The notes beneath the pieces were generated by a model, which searched no databases, was not told the origin of the DNA, and was given only the letters and a program-made list of their open reading frames with translations. The translations under genes and the position numbers were made by a program. Of a stretch of 64,000 nt of DNA, positions 48,494-58,425 are shown one piece after another (position 1 is the first letter of the stretch; every line of letters starts with the position of its first letter). Origin of the DNA: Escherichia coli (GTDB lineage: Bacteria; Pseudomonadota; Gammaproteobacteria; Enterobacterales; Enterobacteriaceae); assembly GCF_044324875.1 (NCBI RefSeq), contig NZ_CP172187.1. One strand, written 5' to 3'.

Positions 48494-51312
48494 ATGAAGT
48501 TTATGTGATTGCCGGTGGTGAGTGGTTGCGGAATAACCTGAATGCCATTGCCGCCTTTATGGGAACCAGAACGTGGGATTCCATTGAAAAAATTGCGCTC
48601 ACATTGTCTGTTCTCGCGGTGGCCGTAATGTGGGTACAGCGGCACAACGTGATGGATTTGCTGGGCTGGGTGGCCGTGTTTGTGCTTATCAGCCTGCTGG
48701 TTAATGTCCGTACATCGGTGCAGATTATTGATAACAGTGACCTGGTCAAAGTTCACCGGGTGGATAATGTGCCGGTCGGACTGGCGATGCCACTTTCACT
48801 GACGACCCGTATCGGGCATGCAATGGTGGCCAGTTACGAGATGATCTTCACGCAACCGGACAGTGTCACCTACAGCAAAACGGGGATGCTGTTTGGCGCA
48901 GAACTGGTATCAAAAAGCACCGACTTTTTGTCCCGTAATCCGGAAATCGCCAATCTTTTCCAGGATTATGTGCAGAACTGCGTGATGGGGGATATTTACC
49001 TGAACCACAAATATACGCTGGAGGAGCTGATGGCCTCCGCTGATCCCTACACGCTGATTTTTTCCCGCCCCAGCCCGCTGCGGGGCGTTTATGACAGCAA
49101 TAATAATTTCGTAACCTGTAAGGACGCTTCGGTTTCGCTGAAAGACAAGCTGAATCTGGACACACAGAGTGGCGGAAAAACCTGGCATTATTATGCCCAG
49201 CAGCTATTTGGCGGACGCCCTGATCCTAACCTGCTGTTCAGTACGCTGATTGGCGACAGTTACAGTTACTTCTATGGCTCAAGTAAATCAGCCAGCCAGA
49301 TCATCCGCCAGAATGTCACCATCAATGCGCTGAAGGAGGGGATCACCAGTTATGCCGCACGTAATGGTGATTCGGCCAGCCTGGTGAATCTGGCCACCAC
49401 GTCATCGATGGAGAAACAACGTCTGGCACATGTATCAATCGGTCATGTGGCGATGCGGACACTGCCCATGACGCAGACCATCCTGACGGGGATCGCCATC
49501 GGTATTTTCCCGCTCCTGGTACTGGCGGCTGTATTCAACAAACTGACGCTGTCCGTCCTGAAAGGCTATGTGTTTGCCCTGATGTGGTTGCAGTCATGGC
49601 CAATGTTGTACGCCATTCTGAACAGCGCCATGACATTTTATGCAAAGCAGAATGGTGCACCGGTGGTGCTCTCGGAAATTTCACAGATACAGCTGAAATA
49701 CTCCGATCTGGCTTCCACTGCCGGGTATCTTTCCATGATGATCCCGCCATTATCCTGGATGATGGTCAGGGGGCTCGGGGCAGGATTTTCCAGTGTGTAC
49801 AGCCATTTCGCTTCCTCTGCTATCAGCCCGACCGCCAGTGCAGCAGGCAGTGTGGTTGACGGTAATTACTCCTACGGCAACATGCAGACGGAGAACGTGA
49901 ACGGCTTCAGCTGGAGCACCAACAGCACCACGTCGTTTGGTCAGATGATGTACCAGACCGGCAGTGGCGCAACTGCCACACAGACCCGTGACGGTAATAT
50001 GGTGATGGATGCAAGCGGAGCGATGTCCCGGTTACCGGTCGGCATCAATGCAACGCGTCAGATTGCGGCGGCACAACAGGAAATGGCCCGGGAAGCATCG
50101 AACAGAGCAGAAAGTGCCCTGCATGGGTTCAGCAGCAGTATTGCCAGTGCCTGGAACACGCTCAGTCAGTTTGGTTCTAACCGGGGGAGCAGTGATTCTG
50201 TCACCGGTGGCGCTGACAGTACGATGAGCGCACAGGACTCCATGATGGCCAGCCGTATGCGCAGTGCAGTGGAAAGCTATGCGAAGGCGCATAATATCAG
50301 TAATGAGCAGGCGACTCAGGAACTGGCATCCAGAAGTACGAGAGCTTCTGCCGGGATGTATGGAGATGCTCATGCTGAATGGGGGGTTAAACCTAAAATT
50401 CTTGGTGTTGGTGGAGGATTAGGTGTTAAAGGTGGTGGTCGCGCTGGTATTGATTGGGAAGATAATGATGCGCATACGGCAAGTAGTAATACTCAGTCGA
50501 GCCATAATGCTCGTCATGATATCGATGCCAGAGCTACACAAGACTTTAAAGAGGCCAGCGATTACTTTACCAGTCGCAAGGTCAGTGAGTCCGGCAGCCA
50601 TACTGACAATAATGCTGATTCCCGTGTGGATCAGTTGTCTGCAGCCCTGAACTCAGCAAAACAGAGTTACGACCAGTTCACGACGAATATGACCCGCAGC
50701 CATGAATATGCTGAAATGGCATCCCGTACTGAAAGCATGAGTGGGCAGATGAGTGAAGACCTGTCGCAACAGTTTGCACAGTATGTGATGAAACACGCGC
50801 CGCAGGATGCCGAAGCTATTCTGACAAACACCAGTTCACCGGAGATTGCAGAACGCCGTCGGGCTATGGCGTGGTCTTTTGTTCAGGAACAGGTGCAGCC
50901 TGGTGTTGATAATGCCTGGCGTGAATCCCGTGGGGACATCGGTAAAGGAATGGAGAGCGTACCTTCGGGTGGTGGCAGCCAGGATATTATTGCTGATCAT
51001 CAGGGGCATCAGGCCATTATTGAGCAAAGAACGCAGGACAGTAATATCCGTAATGATGTAAAACATCAGGTTGATAATATGGTCACAGAATACCGAGGCA
51101 ATATCGGAGATACTCAGAGCAGCATACGTGGCGAAGAAAATATTGTAGGAAGACAGTATTCTGAACTACAAAATCACCATAAAACAGAGGCATTATCTCA
51201 GAATAATAAATATAATGAAGAAAAATCGGGTCAGGAAAGAATGCCCGGGGCTGACAGTCCACAGGAACTGATGAAAAGAGCAAAGGAGTATCAGGATAAG
51301 CACAAGCAATAA
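48490..51312 (+). CDS. traG: TraG (mating-pair stabilisation / entry exclusion determinant)
   Basis: 940 aa MNEVYVIAGGEWLRNNLNAIAAFMGT... Confidence 0.9.
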   Translation: MNEVYVIAGGEWLRNNLNAIAAFMGTRTWDSIEKIALTLSVLAVAVMWVQRHNVMDLLGWVAVFVLISLLVNVRTSVQIIDNSDLVKVHRVDNVPVGLAMPLSLTTRIGHAMVASYEMIFTQPDSVTYSKTGMLFGAELVSKSTDFLSRNPEIANLFQDYVQNCVMGDIYLNHKYTLEELMASADPYTLIFSRPSPLRGVYDSNNNFVTCKDASVSLKDKLNLDTQSGGKTWHYYAQQLFGGRPDPNLLFSTLIGDSYSYFYGSSKSASQIIRQNVTINALKEGITSYAARNGDSASLVNLATTSSMEKQRLAHVSIGHVAMRTLPMTQTILTGIAIGIFPLLVLAAVFNKLTLSVLKGYVFALMWLQSWPMLYAILNSAMTFYAKQNGAPVVLSEISQIQLKYSDLASTAGYLSMMIPPLSWMMVRGLGAGFSSVYSHFASSAISPTASAAGSVVDGNYSYGNMQTENVNGFSWSTNSTTSFGQMMYQTGSGATATQTRDGNMVMDASGAMSRLPVGINATRQIAAAQQEMAREASNRAESALHGFSSSIASAWNTLSQFGSNRGSSDSVTGGADSTMSAQDSMMASRMRSAVESYAKAHNISNEQATQELASRSTRASAGMYGDAHAEWGVKPKILGVGGGLGVKGGGRAGIDWEDNDAHTASSNTQSSHNARHDIDARATQDFKEASDYFTSRKVSESGSHTDNNADSRVDQLSAALNSAKQSYDQFTTNMTRSHEYAEMASRTESMSGQMSEDLSQQFAQYVMKHAPQDAEAILTNTSSPEIAERRRAMAWSFVQEQVQPGVDNAWRESRGDIGKGMESVPSGGGSQDIIADHQGHQAIIEQRTQDSNIRNDVKHQVDNMVTEYRGNIGDTQSSIRGEENIVGRQYSELQNHHKTEALSQNNKYNEEKSGQERMPGADSPQELMKRAKEYQDKHKQ

Positions 51313-51332
51313 TATTGTATGGGGAGATGATA

Positions 51333-51812
51333 ATGAGATGTTTAACCCATATTGCTCTGGTAACGGTGATACAGTTTATCGCCTGTTATCTGGCTGGTTG
51401 GGGGAATGCCGAAACAATTTTTATGCTGTTCTTCATAGTACTATGGCAGGGACTGTTTATATGGTTGTTCTCTCAAATACGAAAAAAACGGAATGTGTCG
51501 GATGAGTTTAAGTTTAGTAAAGGCGTTTGGTATATAACGATGCCAGTATCTTCCTTACTCTCTCCATTATTAAGCCTGATGGTTTTTATCATTGGTACAC
51601 TATACGAATTAAGGCGAGTTAGTGGTTGTGTAAGTGTAAGAGAATGGATGCAATCTCAGGTAAATGAACAAACTAATGAAGATTTGCATCTGGATTTTGA
51701 TAATATGGATTTTCATCGTACTAATCCTGCAACAGGGTTACCTATGTCAGGTATTGGTGTGGATATCGGCGGTAATTCATATGGTTATAGTTCAAAACGA
51801 TATGATGAGTGA
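51333..51812 (+). CDS. traS: TraS entry-exclusion protein
   Basis: Hydrophobic ~159 aa between traG and traT; start chosen after GGGGAG. Confidence 0.7.
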   Translation: MRCLTHIALVTVIQFIACYLAGWGNAETIFMLFFIVLWQGLFIWLFSQIRKKRNVSDEFKFSKGVWYITMPVSSLLSPLLSLMVFIIGTLYELRRVSGCVSVREWMQSQVNEQTNEDLHLDFDNMDFHRTNPATGLPMSGIGVDIGGNSYGYSSKRYDE

Positions 51813-51860
51813 ATCTTAATTTGTATATTATGACGTTTTATTCAATATGAAGGAACATTG

Positions 51861-52592
51861 ATGAAAATGAAAAAATTGATGATGGTTGCACTGGTCAGTT
51901 CCACTCTGGCCCTTTCAGGGTGTGGTGCGATGAGCACAGCAATCAAGAAGCGTAACCTTGAGGTGAAGACTCAGATGAGTGAGACCATCTGGCTTGAACC
52001 CGCCAGCGAACGCACGGTATTTCTGCAGATCAAAAACACGTCTGATAAAGACATGAGTGGGCTGCAGGGTAAAATTGCTGATGCTGTGAAAGCAAAAGGA
52101 TATCAGGTGGTGACTTCTCCGGATAAAGCCTACTACTGGATTCAGGCGAATGTGCTGAAGGCCGATAAGATGGATCTGCGGGAGTCTCAGGGATGGCTGA
52201 ACCGTGGTTATGAAGGCGCAGCTGTTGGTGCAGCGTTAGGTGCCGGTATTACCGGCTATAACTCAAATTCTGCCGGTGCCACACTCGGTGTAGGCCTTGC
52301 TGCTGGTCTGGTGGGTATGGCTGCAGATGCGATGGTGGAAGATGTGAACTATACCATGATCACGGATGTGCAGATTGCAGAGCGTACTAAGGCAACGGTG
52401 ACAACGGATAATGTTGCCGCCCTGCGTCAGGGCACATCAGGTGCGAAAATTCAGACCAGTACTGAAACAGGTAACCAGCATAAATACCAGACCCGTGTGG
52501 TCTCAAATGCGAACAAGGTTAACCTGAAATTTGAAGAGGCGAAGCCTGTTCTCGAAGACCAGCTGGCCAAATCAATCGCAAATATTCTCTGA
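51861..52592 (+). CDS. traT: TraT surface-exclusion lipoprotein
   Basis: 243 aa; lipobox LALSGC. Confidence 0.9.
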   Translation: MKMKKLMMVALVSSTLALSGCGAMSTAIKKRNLEVKTQMSETIWLEPASERTVFLQIKNTSDKDMSGLQGKIADAVKAKGYQVVTSPDKAYYWIQANVLKADKMDLRESQGWLNRGYEGAAVGAALGAGITGYNSNSAGATLGVGLAAGLVGMAADAMVEDVNYTMITDVQIAERTKATVTTDNVAALRQGTSGAKIQTSTETGNQHKYQTRVVSNANKVNLKFEEAKPVLEDQLAKSIANIL

Positions 52593-52794
52593 ACCTCGTC
52601 AGGAGGCTGATCTGACCGGCCTCCTTGCTGACGCCTCGCGTTGCTCGTTGTCCAACCCCGGGATGTAACAAAATAAATTTTGTCACCTCCCGGCGTTTCC
52701 GAAATAAATATGAAAACACTGAGCGGTTGTGCAAATTCTTTGTGCGACCGTGAAGTGTTGCCGGCGAAGCCGGGATCTTCCGGAGAAAGTCATT

Positions 52795-53509
52795 ATGACA
52801 TCAGACAATATCGCTGAATATGTTGGTGAGAATAATCAATTTACTGAGAAGCCTGTAACTGAATACCCCCCGGTGATACAGGATAATACAGTGACCACTA
52901 AAGACTATCTGTACAGCAATAATATTGATACTGACCTTTTAGTGGTTATCGGAGGGCTTATTGTTATATTGTTTCTCATGATGCTTATCATGTACTTTAT
53001 TAATTCTCTCAGGCATAAGGAATTAACTGAAATACTGACAAAAATATCTTTTCCTGAAAAATCCGGGAGCAATTCGCTTAAACCGGAAGCGGTCAGCTGT
53101 AATTTGTTGTCCCTGTGTGTGCTGGCACCGGTATTCTGTACACCCAAAAAGCTGGCTGAAGTTTCCAGGGAGATCATCGTGGCGAGTGCGCAGGAGATTG
53201 CATGGACGCCGGGGAGCAGTCGTATTGATGGTCATCAGGGCGAAAATATTACCTGGTCTCTGTCGTCACAGTCTCATGCCGATAAATACGAGCTCATCAA
53301 TAAAACGTCCCGTGTTTCTCCTGACAGTGGCCGTTTTTATGAACCGGACACAGTTCTGGATCACCGTGAACGGGTACGCCTTTTTATTCAGATCCAGTTT
53401 CCGCATGGGAGTGACTGGTCTGAAGTATTGCGCCTGACTGACATTGTTGCAGAGAAGGTCTCTTCCGGCAGGACTGCAGGTGCGTATTCCGCTCTATTCG
53501 ATCACGGAT
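52795..53509 (+). pseudogene. unknown membrane-anchored protein gene truncated at its 3' end by IS insertion
   Basis: ORF 52729-53583 reads through into IS terminal sequence; one TM segment; AT-rich start. Confidence 0.5.
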
Positions 53510-53579
53510 TGGCATCGAAGTCCGATCAGCGATTCGCATCCATTCGATCAACCGGGAACTTAACTTTTTCTACCGCTTT

Positions 53580-54335
53580 TTAACGCGTTTTTTCGCTGCT
53601 TTCCACTACCGGGGGATTTTTCCTCAGTGACTCTCCCTGAAGGACCACTCGGTGTGAGTTATGTACCAGTCTGTCCAGGATGGCATCTGCTGTTGTTGGG
53701 TTCTCCATCAGACCATGCCATTTATCTACCGGGAACTGGCTTACCACTATCGTGCTGCTTTGTCCGTAACGATCCTCTATGAGCTCCAGAAGGTCATTAC
53801 ACTGGGCGTTACTTAACTGTTCCAGCCCCAGATCGTCCAGGATTAGAACCTGTATTTTTTGCAACTGTTTCAGATATTTCAGCCAGCTGCCATCAACACG
53901 TCCCTGAGCCAGTTGTTCCAGTAATCGCCCGGTTCTACAGTACCGGACGCTGTGTTTCTGTCGACATGCCTGTTCGCCCAGCGCATTGGCTATCCAGCTC
54001 TTGCCACATCCTGTCGGACCGGTTATCAGCAGGTTTTTCCTGTGGGTTATGTAGTGGCCGTTCAGCAGTTCTCTCATCTGTTCAGCCCGCAGACCTCTTG
54101 AGGCCGGATAGCGCAGCCCTTCCGGTGTTGCCTGGTATTTCAGGCCGGCATTTTTTCTCAACCGTGCCACACGGCTGTTTTCCCTGCTCAGAAGCTCGTC
54201 ATCAACCAGCAGCGTCAGCCTTTCCTCGAACGACAGTTCGTCGTAGGTCTGAGGCGTTTCCCGCTGCCGTATCAGGCTCCCGGCCATCGCCGGGAGTTTC
54301 AGTTGGGTCAGTTTGTTTAACAGGTTATCACTCAT
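53580..54335 (-). CDS. istB: IstB helper ATPase
   Basis: 251 aa from MSDNLLNKLTQLKLPAMAG; Walker A GPTGCGKS. Confidence 0.9.
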   Translation of the reverse strand: MSDNLLNKLTQLKLPAMAGSLIRQRETPQTYDELSFEERLTLLVDDELLSRENSRVARLRKNAGLKYQATPEGLRYPASRGLRAEQMRELLNGHYITHRKNLLITGPTGCGKSWIANALGEQACRQKHSVRYCRTGRLLEQLAQGRVDGSWLKYLKQLQKIQVLILDDLGLEQLSNAQCNDLLELIEDRYGQSSTIVVSQFPVDKWHGLMENPTTADAILDRLVHNSHRVVLQGESLRKNPPVVESSEKTR

Positions 54336-54351
54336 ACTGTTGTTCCTTCTG

Positions 54352-55887
54352 TCAGTGGTAGTAGCCCGGACCACGCAGGTTTTCATGCTCTGAAGCATAT
54401 GCCGGATGTTGTTCGCCCTGGCGGGATAATGGAAGCTCCAGGTTCTCCCGATGGTGACGCAGCAGATTGTCGATAAAGCGTCTGTCAGGGGCGTTATAGT
54501 GCAGGGCAACGTAACAGGCCTTTTCCAGCCGTTCCGGGCCGTATTTTTTCTGAAGTGCCAGCAGCCCCAGAACTGCACGATAAGCCAGTTCCGGATGGGG
54601 TTTTGCCTTCAGCATGGATTCAACCACCCGGCCTGTGGACGGGCCCGTACGTTTTCCCTGCTCGATCAGGCGTTCCGGTGTCCATGTCCCGTGCTGCCGG
54701 TGGCGCTCTGGCATGTGAAGCGGATTGGTTGTGTGTTTATATTCATGTGTGCTGCGCGGATGTTGCGCCACACACTGCCCCTTGTGCCAGAGCTGTACCA
54801 CCGACTGCCCCGCCTTCAGTGACAGACGCTGACCGACCAGTTCGTGTGGAACGGAGTACCAGTGACGGGCATATTCAACGTGGTAGTCAGGGCCAACCTT
54901 CACAGCTTTGTATTCCGTGTATTCATAAGGTGCCAGAGGCAGCGGAGAGAGTGCTGGCGCATCCAGTATGCGGAAGCGTTCTGCACGGGTTTGATTGCCG
55001 TACCCCTTCATTGGCCGGTTATTCATGTCTGTCAGTAACTCCCTAAGGCGCGCATTCAGCGCCCTGAGCGTGTGGAAGGTTTCATTACGGATGCGGGCAA
55101 GAAGCCATCGTTCAACGATGAGGACGCCGTTTTCTGCTTTTGGTTTATCTTTAGGTTTGCGTGGTCGGGCCGGGATGATAACCGTGCCATAGTGCTCAGC
55201 CAGTGCCTGATAACTGTCGTTGATGACAGGCTCATATCGATCGGCCTTTTTCACTGCGCTTCTGAGGTTATCGGGGATGAGCAGCTTCGGTACGCCGCCC
55301 AGGAAGGTCAGGCAACGGCTGTGGGCATTTAACCATGACATCATGTCCTGACCTTCGCACGCTTCAACGTAGGTATAGTTGGACGCCCCCATTACGGCCA
55401 CGAAGATTGCCACGCGGCGTATCTCACCGGTGTCCGGATTAATAACAGGAACCGTAGGACCACAGAAGTCGATAAAAAGCTTTTCGCCGGCACGATGCTC
55501 CTGGCGCATGGAGAGACGTCGCGTTTTTTTCCACTCCCGGTAGCAACGGCAGAAGTGCGAGTATCCCATCGCTTTGTTACCCGCCTGTGCCTTGTATTCC
55601 ATCCACAACAGTTGCCGCGTCACACCTGGTTTTCTCATTTCCGTATCGAAGTACAACATGTCAGGCATTACAAGCTCTGATGCAAAGGTGTCTTTGGGCG
55701 GAAAAATGAGTTTCTCCAGCGTGTCATGGGATATATCAGCAGGTAATGGCCATGACAGAGAAGAGGCTTTGAAGCGGGCAAGAACCTCAAAAACGGTTGA
55801 GGCGCTGATGTGTAACGTCAGTCCGATACAACGGTTAGTCAGCTTCTTGTCGAACTTGAGCTGAAGGATCTTAAAACAGGTTTCCAT
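54352..55887 (-). CDS. istA: IstA transposase (DDE)
   Basis: 511 aa from METCFKILQLKF...; AGGAG RBS. Confidence 0.85.
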   Translation of the reverse strand: METCFKILQLKFDKKLTNRCIGLTLHISASTVFEVLARFKASSLSWPLPADISHDTLEKLIFPPKDTFASELVMPDMLYFDTEMRKPGVTRQLLWMEYKAQAGNKAMGYSHFCRCYREWKKTRRLSMRQEHRAGEKLFIDFCGPTVPVINPDTGEIRRVAIFVAVMGASNYTYVEACEGQDMMSWLNAHSRCLTFLGGVPKLLIPDNLRSAVKKADRYEPVINDSYQALAEHYGTVIIPARPRKPKDKPKAENGVLIVERWLLARIRNETFHTLRALNARLRELLTDMNNRPMKGYGNQTRAERFRILDAPALSPLPLAPYEYTEYKAVKVGPDYHVEYARHWYSVPHELVGQRLSLKAGQSVVQLWHKGQCVAQHPRSTHEYKHTTNPLHMPERHRQHGTWTPERLIEQGKRTGPSTGRVVESMLKAKPHPELAYRAVLGLLALQKKYGPERLEKACYVALHYNAPDRRFIDNLLRHHRENLELPLSRQGEQHPAYASEHENLRGPGYYH

Positions 55888-56226
55888 AGTGCTCCTGGAT
55901 TTTCTCTTTCTGGACATTGACGTCTCCACTGGTTTAAACACGGCAATGGAGACTGTGGTGAAAAGAGTTAATTCCCGGAGTGACTGGCAGGATGCCAATC
56001 AATGATCGGAAGCATGCCAAATCGTGATCGATTGTGATGCCAAACTGTGATCGGAGATGGATGCCAAATCATGATCGATTCGAATGCCAAACTGCGATCG
56101 ATTCAGATGCCATTTTGCAGCAGGCGGGTATCACCACCGGCATACAGGGTACACCTGGTCTGTTTCTGTGAATTAACCCCACATCATCCTTTTCTGCCCT
56201 GTTCCAGATTTTCCCGGAGTTTCATC

Positions 56227-58425
56227 ATGAGTTTTAACGCAAAGGATATGACCCAGGGCGGTCAGATTGCGTCCATGCGTATCCGCATGTTCAGCCAGAT
56301 CGCCAATATCATGCTTTACTGCCTGTTTATTTTTTTCTGGATACTCGTTGGTCTGGTTTTATGGGTAAAAATAAGCTGGCAGACGTTTGTGAACGGCTGT
56401 ATTTACTGGTGGTGTACCACGCTGGAAGGCATGCGGGATTTAATCAAGTCCCAGCCAGTATATGAGATTCAGTATTACGGCAAAACCTTCCGGATGAACG
56501 CTGCCCAGGTACTGCATGATAAATATATGATCTGGTGCGGTGAGCAGCTATGGTCCGCATTCGTTCTGGCGTCTGTCGTGGCCCTGGTTATTTGCCTGAT
56601 CACCTTCTTTGTTGTCTCCTGGATTCTGGGGCGTCAGGGTAAACAACAGAGCGAAAATGAAGTCACAGGTGGTCGTCAGCTGACAGACAATCCGAAAGAC
56701 GTTGCCCGGATGCTGAAAAAAGACGGCAAGGACTCCGATATCCGGATTGGCGACCTGCCGATTATCCGGGATTCCGAAATCCAGAACTTCTGTCTGCACG
56801 GCACGGTCGGGGCCGGTAAGTCGGAGGTTATCCGTCGTCTGGCCAACTACGCCCGTCAGCGCGGTGATATGGTGGTGATTTATGACCGTTCAGGGGAATT
56901 TGTTAAAAGTTACTATGATCCCTCCATCGATAAAATCCTGAATCCGCTGGATGCCCGCTGTGCCGCATGGGATTTGTGGAAGGAGTGCCTGACACAGCCG
57001 GATTTTGATAATACCGCAAATACTCTGATCCCTATGGGTACAAAAGAGGACCCGTTCTGGCAGGGTTCAGGACGTACCATTTTTGCGGAAGCGGCGTACC
57101 TGATGCGTAATGACCCCAACCGCAGCTACAGCAAACTGGTGGACACACTGCTTTCCATCAAAATTGAAAAACTGCGTACCTTCCTGCGTAATTCACCGGC
57201 AGCCAACCTGGTGGAAGAGAAAATTGAGAAAACGGCGATTTCCATCCGTGCTGTGCTGACCAACTACGTGAAAGCCATCCGTTACCTGCAGGGGATTGAG
57301 CATAACGGTGAGTCTTTTACCATCCGTGACTGGATGCGTGGTGTCCGGGAAGATCAGAAAAACGGCTGGCTGTTTATCTCGTCGAATGCCGACACCCATG
57401 CCTCCCTGAAGCCGGTGATCTCCATGTGGCTGTCCATTGCCATTCGTGGTCTGCTGGCAATGGGAGAAAACCGTAACCGTCGTGTGTGGTTTTTCTGTGA
57501 CGAGTTACCCACGTTACACAAACTGCCGGACCTGGTGGAGATCCTGCCGGAAGCCCGTAAGTTCGGAGGCTGTTATGTGTTTGGTATCCAGTCCTATGCC
57601 CAGCTGGAAGATATCTACGGTGAGAAAGCGGCGGCCACGCTGTTTGACGTCATGAACACCCGTGCTTTTTTCCGTTCCCCGAGCCATAAGATTGCAGAGT
57701 TCGCTGCCGGTGAGATTGGTGAGAAAGAGCACCTGAAAGCCAGCGAGCAGTATTCCTACGGTGCTGACCCGGTACGTGACGGGGTATCGACCGGTAAGGA
57801 TATGGAGCGTCAGACACTGGTCAGTTATTCCGACATTCAGTCTCTGCCGGATCTGACCTGCTATGTCACTCTGCCCGGACCGTATCCGGCAGTAAAACTC
57901 TCCCTGAAATATCAGGCACGACCGAAGGTCGCTCCGGAGTTTATTCCGCGTGACATCAACCCGGAAATGGAGAACCGTCTGAGTGCCGTACTTGCTGCAA
58001 GGGAAGCAGAAGGTCGCCAGATGGCCAGCCTCTTCGAACCGGAGGTTGCCTCCGGAGAAGGCGTGACTCAGGCTGAACAGCCACAACAGCCACAACAGCC
58101 ACAACAGCCACAACAGCCACAACAGCCACAACAGCCACAACAGCCAGTGTCTTCTGTCATGAATGATAAGAAGTCAGATGCAGGTGTGAGTGTTCCGGCA
58201 GGGGGGATCGAGCAGGAGCTGAAAATGAAACCGGAAGAAGAGATGGAACAGCAACTGCCACCCGGGATCAGTGAATCCGGTGAAGTGGTGGATATGGCCG
58301 CTTATGAGGCATGGCAACAGGAAAATCATCCGGACATCCAGCAGCAGATGCAGCGTCGTGAAGAGGTGAACATTAATGTGCACCGGGAGCGCGGGGAGGA
58401 TGTTGAGCCGGGAGATGATTTCTGA
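56227..58425 (+). CDS. traD: TraD coupling protein (T4CP)
   Basis: 732 aa from [13 protein letters not shown]...; Walker A GTVGAGKS; C-terminal QPQ repeats. Confidence 0.9.
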   Translation: MSFNAKDMTQGGQIASMRIRMFSQIANIMLYCLFIFFWILVGLVLWVKISWQTFVNGCIYWWCTTLEGMRDLIKSQPVYEIQYYGKTFRMNAAQVLHDKYMIWCGEQLWSAFVLASVVALVICLITFFVVSWILGRQGKQQSENEVTGGRQLTDNPKDVARMLKKDGKDSDIRIGDLPIIRDSEIQNFCLHGTVGAGKSEVIRRLANYARQRGDMVVIYDRSGEFVKSYYDPSIDKILNPLDARCAAWDLWKECLTQPDFDNTANTLIPMGTKEDPFWQGSGRTIFAEAAYLMRNDPNRSYSKLVDTLLSIKIEKLRTFLRNSPAANLVEEKIEKTAISIRAVLTNYVKAIRYLQGIEHNGESFTIRDWMRGVREDQKNGWLFISSNADTHASLKPVISMWLSIAIRGLLAMGENRNRRVWFFCDELPTLHKLPDLVEILPEARKFGGCYVFGIQSYAQLEDIYGEKAAATLFDVMNTRAFFRSPSHKIAEFAAGEIGEKEHLKASEQYSYGADPVRDGVSTGKDMERQTLVSYSDIQSLPDLTCYVTLPGPYPAVKLSLKYQARPKVAPEFIPRDINPEMENRLSAVLAAREAEGRQMASLFEPEVASGEGVTQAEQPQQPQQPQQPQQPQQPQQPQQPVSSVMNDKKSDAGVSVPAGGIEQELKMKPEEEMEQQLPPGISESGEVVDMAAYEAWQQENHPDIQQQMQRREEVNINVHRERGEDVEPGDDF
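58078..58146 (+). repeat. in-frame 9-bp tandem repeat (CAGCCACAA)x~7.7 encoding (QPQ)n in TraD C-terminus
   Basis: Read directly. Confidence 0.9.

Larger units (their letters stand above)
53510..56112 (-). mobile_element. IS21-family insertion sequence (istA-istB), boundaries approximate
   Basis: IstA/IstB pair; terminal TGGCATC-containing inverted repeats with multiple ~22-bp direct repeats at the istA-proximal end (55990-56112). Confidence 0.75.

Noticed and set aside
52598-52632. Inverted repeat after traT considered as a terminator
   Set aside because: Stem is present (AGGAGGC/GCCTCCT) but no U-tract follows; left uncalled.
57514-58140. 208-aa minus-strand ORF with WLLWLL repeats
   Set aside because: Antisense translation of the traD QPQ repeat region.
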